From the NCBI GenBank assembly GCA_038245295.1, contig JBBRSP010000049.1:1-22815 (forward strand): a stretch of 22,815 nucleotides of DNA, read 5' to 3'. Source of the DNA: Candidatus Binatia bacterium (lineage in GTDB: Bacteria > Desulfobacterota > Binatia > HRBIN30). The notes under the pieces were generated by a model. That model worked only from the letters and a program-made list of their open reading frames with translations, did not search any database and was not told where the DNA came from. Position numbers and translations under genes: made by a program. Of the stretch, positions 15,979 through 22,815 are shown piece after piece. The stretch's first letter is position 1. Every line of letters starts with the position of its first letter.

Positions 15979-16356
15979 TTACATGCGGTGAAGTGCGCAG
16001 AGCTTGTTGCCGGACGGGTCGCGCAGATAGGCGAGATACATCTTACCGAGGCCGCCTTCGCGGACGCCCGGGGGCTCCTCGCAGCTGGTTCCGCCGTTGG
16101 CGACGCCGGCCGCGTGCCACGCGTCCACGGTGGCCGGATCGGCGACAACGAAGCCGACCGTGCCGCCGTTCGCGACAGTGGCAGGAGCGCCGTCGATCGG
16201 TTTCGAGACGGCGAAGGCGCCCGTCGGTGACATGTAGAAAATCCGCCGATCCTCATTGAGGATACCCGCCGGGATGCCGAGTGTGCCGAGCACGGCGTCG
16301 TAGAACTTCTTGGACGCCTCGAGATCGTTGGTGCCAACCATGACATGACTGAACAT
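15979..16356 (-). CDS. VOC family (glyoxalase/bleomycin resistance) protein
   Basis: MFSHVMVGTNDLEASKKFYDAVLG...ANGGT.GF...VDAWHAAGVANGG...YLAYLRDPSGNKLCA; RBS GAGAGGA. Confidence 0.92.
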   Translation of the reverse strand: MFSHVMVGTNDLEASKKFYDAVLGTLGIPAGILNEDRRIFYMSPTGAFAVSKPIDGAPATVANGGTVGFVVADPATVDAWHAAGVANGGTSCEEPPGVREGGLGKMYLAYLRDPSGNKLCALHRM

Positions 16357-16623
16357 CGTATTCCTCTCCTTCGCGTTAGACCGGCCCTGCTGGAGCTAAA
16401 ACGCCAGTGAACAACGATTGCCTTCATGCATCAGCAGCCGGACTTGTTCAATCACCGCCCAACTACGCAATGAACGGTCCCTTCGCCAGAGCTTGGGCGG
16501 ACAAAGCGACGCCGTTCGCGGGTTGGTGTCCCGGCGAATGCCCCCGAAGTGAGTTCGAACGAGCGCCGTGATGCCGTTCGATTTTCGTTGTCCCCTGTCG
16601 CAACCAAGTGATAGACGCGGCCC

Positions 16624-17410
16624 ATGCGATGCCAATTGGTTATTCTGGTCGTTGTACTGACGAGCAGCAAGGTCGCCGCGGCGCTTAATGCCTGCACAGC
16701 CAACGATACCGAGATCCAGGAACCAGCCGGTTGCCCGGCATCCGGCGCCTGCTCGATCTCGAAACCGTATAGTGTCGCTGATGGCTGCGTTTTCGATTTC
16801 GCCGGCCGCAATCCGACCTTCGCGCCAACTGCCGTGCTCCTGATCGGCTCGGGAACCGTACATTTCGTCGCCAACGACGTGACGTTGGCCGCCAATGCAT
16901 CGGCCGGCGCCTACATCAACGCGCGTGGCCAAAGTGCGACGCAGGCGCTGGGGGGAACGGTGGTCGTAAACGCTACCGGTAACGTGCTGATCCAGCGCAA
17001 GGGCAACACCCGGGCGCGTATTGAAGTCTCGGGCATTCAGGCAGGCGGCACGATCCAGTTGACCGCGTCAGGCGCGATTACGATTGCCGGCCGGCGAGGT
17101 GGCTACCGGCGCTCAGCGCAATCGCGCCACCGCTTGAAGGGGGCGACGTCAACCTGACGGCGGCGCGATCCGGCTACGGCAACCTGATCATCTTGAGCAC
17201 GATTGATGTCAGCGCCGGACCGTCCGGCTACGAGTGCCCAACTGGCGGGTATATCGATCGTGCCCCGCCACCCCAACCGTCACCCAGACCCCGACAACGA
17301 CACCAAGCGGGCGGCCGACCCGGACGGCAACACCGACGACGACCTTTCCGCCGGACGCGTCGGTAACACCTTCGCCCGTCTCGACGCCCACGCCGAGGGC
17401 GCGCCGTAGT
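16624..17410 (+). pseudogene. Decayed secreted beta-rich surface protein with PT-rich tail, spread over three frames
   Basis: Frame 1: signal peptide and GGTVVVNATG/GGTIQLTASG repeats. Frame 2, from ~17133: LEGGDVNLTAARSGYGNLIILSTIDVSAG..CPTGGYID. Frame 3, from ~17258: SCPATPTVTQTPTTTP... Confidence 0.65.
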
Positions 17411-17506
17411 CTCTGGCACCGGGCAGCCGCTGAGCGCGTGCGCCACGGCGGTGAGACCGAGGAGTCAGGTTGGTGTCCTGGCAAATGCCCTCCACCGAAG
17501 ACATTT

Positions 17507-17748
17507 CACCACGGAGGACACGAGGACCACGAAGGGCTGAGCCACCAGAAGATCCGTGTTTCAACTCTCTCTCTTCGTATTACCTACGTTCGAATTCGTC
17601 GCGGCGCGCGAAGACTGAGCGACCTACACACCACCAGCCGCTCTTTGCCACGGATGGACACGGATGCACACAGATGCAGGCCCGTCGGGCCCGCGATGCT
17701 GGCGATGGCTGCTTACAGCCATCTGTGTTCATCCCATTCATCTGTGGC
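17507..17748. repeat. 9-mer-periodic repeat elements (CACCACGGAGGACACGAGG; GCCACGGATGGACACGGATGCACACAGATG hairpin)
   Basis: Tandem 9-mers at 17507-17535. The 17647-17676 segment pairs with 17720-17748 (CATCTGTGTTCATCCCATTCATCTGTGGC). Confidence 0.65.
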
Positions 17749-17784
17749 AATATTTCTGCACTCGCGCTCTCGCGGTGGGCACAA

Positions 17785-17802
17785 GCCTAACGCCAATTAG
17801 AA
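17785..17802 (-). other. Candidate attI-like site downstream of the integrase remnant
   Basis: Minus strand TTCTAAT-TGGC-GTTAGGC: a GTTRRRY core preceded by an inverted CTAA box, about 150 bp 3' of the intI stop. The spacer is 1 nt shorter than in attI1. Confidence 0.4.
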
Positions 17803-17952
17803 GTCATGGGTCTAGGGGCGATAGACGGCAACGGTTTTGTGGCGCTCATGAGGTTCTCCTCTGCCTGATTTCTCCTTGCCGATCCACAGAAATCTCCACG
17901 GACAACGGTGCTGAAGGTGACTTGCTCCTCATGCCGGATGGCGGGCGAAAAG

Positions 17953-18348
17953 TCACGGCAGGAGGGTGTCGACTGGGCTGCGTACGCCTGGGCCGGTGTT
18001 GAGGACGTGGGTGTAGATCATGGTTTTCACATCGCGGTCTCCGAGCATTTCCTGGATCGTGCGGATGTCATAGCCGCTCTCCAGCAAATGCGTGGCGAAG
18101 CTGTGGCGTAGGGTGTGTGGGCCGACGGGCTTTGTCATCCCTGTCTGGCAGGCGGCGTTGCGCACCGCCTTCTGCAATACCGACTCGTCTTGATGCTGGC
18201 GGCGCTCGATGCCGCTGCGCGGATTAATGGATCGTTGTGCTGATGGAACCACCCACTGCCACGGCCACTCGGTCGCGGCGTTCGGATATTTCTCGGCCCG
18301 GGCGTAGGGTAGCAGTACCCGACCGTAACCCTCGGTCAGGTCGGTCTG
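17953..18348 (-). pseudogene. intI: Integron integrase, C-terminal remnant
   Basis: Integron-specific insertion G.G.V.LPYA...KYPNA..EW.WQW..P...S.NPRSG..RR, then [26 protein letters not shown] and [15 protein letters not shown]. The N-terminal half is missing and LGH is replaced by LGD. Confidence 0.9.
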
Positions 18349-18443
18349 GGGAATCAGAAGGACAGCCATCCAGCCTCGAACGCAACCTTCCGACGGACGT
18401 TGGCCCAACTACGCGATGAACCAACGGAAACCGACGCCGTTCA

Positions 18444-18498
18444 CGGGTGGGTGTTTCCCAAATACCTGCGGGTGGGACTTCCCCCAATACCTGCGGGT
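18444..18498. repeat. 25-bp tandem direct repeats upstream of the intI remnant
   Basis: CGGGT(GGG) at 18444, 18469 and 18494; AATACCTGCGGGT at 18461 and 18486. Confidence 0.7.
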
Positions 18499-18543
18499 CA
18501 TTTACGACGAATGACCCACCCGCAAGCGAGACGCTGAAGACCA

Positions 18544-18870
18544 CTATCCGCCGGCGAGCGGGGCGAGGAGGTAGATGTCGTCGCCGTCGTTGAGTTGGCG
18601 ATCGAGGTTCTCATCGACGGCGCAGCGTTGGCCATTCAACATCAGGGTGTGACGTAGGTGCGGGCTCTCCGCGATGGCGGCGCGTAGGCGTAGGCCGCGG
18701 CGGTCGGCTTCGTCGAGCAGGGTTTTCAGGGTCGCGCCGACGGGCAACTTGATGTGCTCGTCGGTGTCGTACCAGCCGGCGCCGGTGCGGCCTTTCAGCA
18801 GGAGATGGACGCGGATCGTTTGGCCCGATCCGCGTCCGAAGAGATCTTTGATCCGGGAGAACGCACTCAC
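18544..18870 (-). CDS. MoaD/ThiS family ubiquitin-like protein
   Basis: Beta-grasp pattern LMLNG...[20 protein letters not shown] with a free C-terminal GG. GTGA overlap with the AOR stop codon. Confidence 0.88.
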   Translation of the reverse strand: MSAFSRIKDLFGRGSGQTIRVHLLLKGRTGAGWYDTDEHIKLPVGATLKTLLDEADRRGLRLRAAIAESPHLRHTLMLNGQRCAVDENLDRQLNDGDDIYLLAPLAGG

Positions 18871-20879
18871 GCTTCGGTGAAGCCCTGCAGGAGATCTGTC
18901 ATGCCGAGGGTATCGGCGCGCGACTTGGCCAGATGCCCGGTCTTCGGGTTCCAGTGCATCGCTCTGTAGTAATCGTCCTTCAGCATCGGCAGCGGCACCG
19001 TGATGCCGGCGAGCGGCCCGCTCTTGAGCAGCCCATCCCCTTCACCAAGCATACGCGGATGCGCCTTGAAGTCGTCGGGGCGAATCCCCTCGCGGCGGTT
19101 GAAGGCGGCGCGGAGGTTCTGAATACGTTCACCGGCCAGCAGCAGATCCTTCTCGTTCATGTTCCAGGCGGTCAACGAGTTGACCAGATCAAGCCACGGC
19201 AAGCCGCCGGTTAGCGACGTGAACATGCACAGACCAAGACCGTTCATCACCTGATGTGCGTTGCTGAAGTGCGCCTGGGCAACGCCCTTCCCTTCTGTCC
19301 CCTTCCAACCGATGGTGACCTCCTTCGCATCGACGGCGCTGGTCAGCGGGAACTTGGCATTGAAGGTTTCGTTCCACGATGCCGAACCGGCGGTGTGGCG
19401 GCCTGGTGTCGGATCCGCAATGTAGGTCACACCCATCAACGAGGTGAAGCGCGTGTCGTGGTAGGCCGGTTCTTGTCCGTGCACATGCACCGCGAAGCGC
19501 TCGCTGCCCTTGCCGACATGGCGGCTGGCGCTCGCACTGCCGTGGCGCAGCCATGAGCCGCAACCTTCGCCGCTGCCCATCTTGATGGTGAGAGACAGGG
19601 CGCCTTCGCCGTTACCCCAGCGCATATCGATGCCGTCGAGATCTTTGGCGGAGAGAATGCCCTCCTCCACCGCTTCACACACCCAGGCAATCGTCGCGCT
19701 CGAGCTCACCGCGTCGATGCCGTAACGATTGCAGGCATCATGACAGGCGGTGACGATCTCGAGATCATCATTGATGAGGTTGGCGCCGAAGCCGGCGATG
19801 GTTTCGTAGTCGGGGCGGCGCACATCCGAGAGGCCGCGGCTCTTCACCGCAACAATGCCTTTGCACGGTGCCGGACAGTCGCCACACGACAGCTTCTTGG
19901 TGATGTACTTGTCGACTTGTGCGCCGTCCAACTTGTAGCTCTTGGTCGACAACGGGAAGTCGACGGAGCCGACGCCCTTCCAGTTCTTCACCGGCGCGTC
20001 GCCGTTTTCGACGCTCAACGCCACCGCGGCCGTCGTCCCGCGATCGCTCCACAATTGACGCATCGCCTGCTGTGGCGCCTCCACCTTGAGGCCCAGGCGA
20101 GTAAACATTCGATACATGAACCCCAGGTAGCGTTTCGGTTTGGTGAACCAGACCGCAATCCGCATGTACCAACTGAGCGCGCTCTTGTACTCGCGTGTCA
20201 CGTCGGCACACAAAGCGCGAAACTTCTCGGGATCGGCAATCGGCACTTCGCCGCTGCCGGCCACCACCACAGCCTTCAGATTCTTGGCGCCGTAGATGGC
20301 GCCGAAGCCCTGGCGCCCGAAGGCGTGGTACCGATCATTCATCACACTGGCGATCAGCGACTGTTGCTCGCCGGCCGGGCCAATGGCGCTGACGCCTACT
20401 TCCGATTTGCTGCCGTAACGTTCGCGCAAGGCGTCGAAGACGGGAGGAATCTCCTTGCCCCATAGATTCGCAGCCGGCTCGAAGGTCACCTCGCCGTCAC
20501 GGATCACGAGAACGATCGGCTCGCTGGCGCGGCCACGCACGATGACGGCGTCGAACCCGGCACGGCGCAACTGACTGGCGACGCTACCGCCGGAGTTCGA
20601 ATCGGCCCACGAGCCCGTCAGCGGCGACTTGCCAACAATCTGGATGCGTCCGGAGAACGGCGTTCGCACGCCGGTCAGCAGTCCTGAGACGATGGCGAAA
20701 CACGCCTCCGGCGCCACCGCATCGGTACCGGCGGGGAAGTGTTTCCACATCAGATAGGCGCCAAGTCCGTAGCCGCCGAGGAATTGTTTGTAGACCGACT
20801 CGTCGACGGTCTCGACGCTCGAGGTGCGGGTCGTCAGATCGACGTTGAGAACTCTTCCGTGTGTACCGTAACGAGCCAT
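18867..20879 (-). CDS. aor: Aldehyde:ferredoxin oxidoreductase family (W/Mo bis-pterin, 4Fe-4S)
   Basis: [25 protein letters not shown]...[45 protein letters not shown] and GLC.F motifs; RBS AGGAGG. Confidence 0.93.
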   Translation of the reverse strand: MARYGTHGRVLNVDLTTRTSSVETVDESVYKQFLGGYGLGAYLMWKHFPAGTDAVAPEACFAIVSGLLTGVRTPFSGRIQIVGKSPLTGSWADSNSGGSVASQLRRAGFDAVIVRGRASEPIVLVIRDGEVTFEPAANLWGKEIPPVFDALRERYGSKSEVGVSAIGPAGEQQSLIASVMNDRYHAFGRQGFGAIYGAKNLKAVVVAGSGEVPIADPEKFRALCADVTREYKSALSWYMRIAVWFTKPKRYLGFMYRMFTRLGLKVEAPQQAMRQLWSDRGTTAAVALSVENGDAPVKNWKGVGSVDFPLSTKSYKLDGAQVDKYITKKLSCGDCPAPCKGIVAVKSRGLSDVRRPDYETIAGFGANLINDDLEIVTACHDACNRYGIDAVSSSATIAWVCEAVEEGILSAKDLDGIDMRWGNGEGALSLTIKMGSGEGCGSWLRHGSASASRHVGKGSERFAVHVHGQEPAYHDTRFTSLMGVTYIADPTPGRHTAGSASWNETFNAKFPLTSAVDAKEVTIGWKGTEGKGVAQAHFSNAHQVMNGLGLCMFTSLTGGLPWLDLVNSLTAWNMNEKDLLLAGERIQNLRAAFNRREGIRPDDFKAHPRMLGEGDGLLKSGPLAGITVPLPMLKDDYYRAMHWNPKTGHLAKSRADTLGMTDLLQGFTEA

Positions 20880-20990
20880 GCTGTCCTCCTGATCCGCTTC
20901 CTCTATTGCCCGATGATCCGCCCGGGTAAAGACCCGAACGGCGGAGAAACCAAGGGTCGGGCCTCGGCGTAGGACGTCGGGCGTGACTGG

Positions 20991-21656
20991 CTACTTCTTG
21001 TTGTGCTTCTTACCCTTCGGCGCGCCTGCCGGCGCGGTCACCACCGGCTTCTCCGGTTCGATCTTGATGCCGTTGGTCGGCGCGCCGTCGAGGCTGCTGA
21101 CGCGGTCGGAGGCGTCGAACTTAACAACAAAAGTCATCCAGCGATTGCGCCAGTACTTCCATTCCGCGGACTGGGTCGACGCCGTCTGATGCGTCGGCGG
21201 ATAACCAACCGACAGCAACACTTGTTCCTTGGTCATGCCAATCTCGACACGGCTGTCATGGATCGCCTCCTGAACGGCCTTCGGCTGGCGCGCGATCGTC
21301 GGATTCGGATCCTGCGTGACGAGCACCTTGTTCAGGTACGCCTCGAAACCTTCCTGCGCCGCCCCATAGGTTTGTTCCAAGGTGAGCTTCTTACCTTCCG
21401 ATGAGAACGTCACCGCGCGAGCCCGCACCTCGTCGATCTGCACAAGTGTACCCGCCGGCAATGTGGCGCCGACGTAGTAATTGGCGTCACTCAAGCTTTG
21501 TGTCTCGTAGTGCATGTTGCAGCACGTGTAGCGCTTCGTTCCCGCGAGGCTCGCATTCAGCGGGCTCGGCTGCATCTTGGCACAGCCGGCGAGACCGAGA
21601 AGCGCGGCAAACGTCGCGGCGGAGAAACTGACCGCCAGATAGTTCTTGGTACGCAT
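20991..21656 (-). CDS. Lipoprotein with a C-terminal SmpA/OmlA(BamE)-like domain
   Basis: Lipobox LAG|C after a hydrophobic stretch; VEIGMTKEQVLLSVGYPP...EWKYW...FVVKFD motif; Lys-rich tail; RBS AGGAG. Confidence 0.75.
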   Translation of the reverse strand: MRTKNYLAVSFSAATFAALLGLAGCAKMQPSPLNASLAGTKRYTCCNMHYETQSLSDANYYVGATLPAGTLVQIDEVRARAVTFSSEGKKLTLEQTYGAAQEGFEAYLNKVLVTQDPNPTIARQPKAVQEAIHDSRVEIGMTKEQVLLSVGYPPTHQTASTQSAEWKYWRNRWMTFVVKFDASDRVSSLDGAPTNGIKIEPEKPVVTAPAGAPKGKKHNKK

Positions 21657-21708
21657 GAGGTCGCTCCTTTTTTCTGTCGGCGGTCGCCGTTGCGGGCGAC
21701 AACCGAGA

Positions 21709-22575
21709 TCATTCCTTGTAGCGGCGCTCCAATTCGTAGTTGCGATCAAGCTCGACGAGCTGATTGAACTCGTCGAACGGCACAAGGCGGTCGAGATGCT
21801 GTCGCATCGTCCCCTCCTGCTTGAGGATCGCATACGTATCGCGCAGCGCTTTGGCGGCGCTGAGCAATCCGGCCAAGGGCGTAACAATCAGATCGAACCC
21901 CAGTTCGTGCAGCTCGGACGGAGACAGCAGCGGTGTCTTCCCGTGCTCGACCATGTTGGCCACCTTCGGACCCGGGATGGCCTTAGCGATCTTCTCCATC
22001 TCGGCCGCCGACTCCGGCGCCTCGACGAACACGGCATCGACACCCAAGTCGCGCGCCGCTTGGCCGCGCGCAATCGCTTCATCCAGACTGACGGCGGCAC
22101 GCGCGTCGGTGCGCGCCACAAGGAACAGATCGCGCTCGCCGCGCGTCTCGATCACCGCGCGCAGCTTGGCAAGCCACTCCGAGCGCTCGACGACACGTTT
22201 GCCGGCCATATGGCCACACCGCTTCGGCCACACCTGATCCTCCAGAAACATGCCGGCGGCGCCGGCGTTCTGGTAGAGCTCGACGGTGCGAATGGTATTC
22301 AAGGCATTGCCGTAGCCGGTATCGGCATCGACCAACAGCGGCTTGTCGGTGAGGCGACAAACGCGCCGCGCCGTGTCGGCCATCTCGGTCTGCGTCAGGT
22401 AGCCAAAGTCCGGCTCGCCGAGCAGCGTCGCGGCGACACTGAAGCCGCCGATGAACAGGACTTCGAATCCTGCCTTGTGCGCCAAGCGCGTCGATAACGC
22501 ATCGTACACGCCGCCCATTACCAGGGGCCTATCTTGCTTCAAAAGGTCACGGACCTGCTGGGCTCTGCTCATCAT
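21709..22575 (-). CDS. Isocitrate lyase/PEP mutase superfamily enzyme (methylisocitrate/dimethylmalate lyase-like)
   Basis: GVYDALS, LLVDADTGYGN, LEDQVWPKRCGHMAGK, LVARTDA and NMVEHGKTP motifs. Confidence 0.9.
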   Translation of the reverse strand: MMSRAQQVRDLLKQDRPLVMGGVYDALSTRLAHKAGFEVLFIGGFSVAATLLGEPDFGYLTQTEMADTARRVCRLTDKPLLVDADTGYGNALNTIRTVELYQNAGAAGMFLEDQVWPKRCGHMAGKRVVERSEWLAKLRAVIETRGERDLFLVARTDARAAVSLDEAIARGQAARDLGVDAVFVEAPESAAEMEKIAKAIPGPKVANMVEHGKTPLLSPSELHELGFDLIVTPLAGLLSAAKALRDTYAILKQEGTMRQHLDRLVPFDEFNQLVELDRNYELERRYKE

Positions 22576-22622
22576 CTTCTCCCTGCTGACACTATGCACC
22601 GAAAGTCTCGCAATGCCGGCAT

Positions 22623-22692
22623 CGCAGGCTGAAGCCTGCGCCTACCACTCTCGATACAAAGGTGAAAGCAAACCGGTAGGCGCAGGCTTTAG
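22623..22692. repeat. Inverted GTAG-type REP pair; the second copy is interrupted
   Basis: 22623-22646 is identical to 11711-11734. The copy at 22675-22692 (GGTAGGCGCAGGCTTTAG) breaks off at its loop. Confidence 0.8.
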
Positions 22693-22815
22693 AGGCTGTC
22701 TCAAAACCTTGCGGAGCCGGCTTCGACAGGCTCAGCCTGAGCGGGTGCTTGGTTGATTTTCAAAGACATTTTGTCCGCTCGCCCTGAGCCCGTCGAAGGG
22801 TGAGCCTATGTTTTG
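22692..22815. mobile_element. MITE-like element inserted into the REP; runs off the window edge
   Basis: Begins GAGGCTGTCTCAAAAC. The window ends with GTTTTG, the start of the matching inverted repeat. Internal hairpin CTTCGACAGGCTCAG...CTGAGCCCGTCGAAG. Confidence 0.6.

Noticed and set aside
20880..20990. Moco/Wco riboswitch upstream of aor
   Set aside because: The region is short and I could not match the conserved motif by eye. An Rfam/Infernal scan would settle it.

Overview
High-GC bacterial window. The Thr/Pro-rich secreted proteins with 'CVGDCNGD..VTIDEL' dockerin-like tails suggest Ca. Binatia/Binatota, but that lineage call is inference. The left 3.7 kb is an accessory mosaic. It holds a probable transposase-tail fragment, a truncated and frameshifted hxsC fragment, an intact AbrB-type/RelE toxin-antitoxin pair, and an ~820-bp segment bounded by 31-bp inverted repeats that contains an 81-bp palindromic tandem array and a GGGGAC-bracketed vapB'/vapC' fragment. 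It ends with a four-helix-bundle gene flanked by two 143-bp hairpin-forming direct repeats. The rest is mostly metabolic: two heteromeric-type acyl-CoA dehydrogenase pairs (one behind a TetR gene), a cohesin-like/PT-linker/dockerin-like secreted protein, bioB, an S8 peptidase, a histidine phosphatase, a VOC protein, an aldehyde:ferredoxin oxidoreductase with a MoaD/ThiS partner, a lipoprotein and an ICL/PEP-mutase family enzyme. Three further decayed genes (EamA transporter, surface protein, integron integrase with a possible empty attI) and several families of REP/MITE-like palindromes are scattered through it. All assignments come from reading motifs by eye; no database searches were run.
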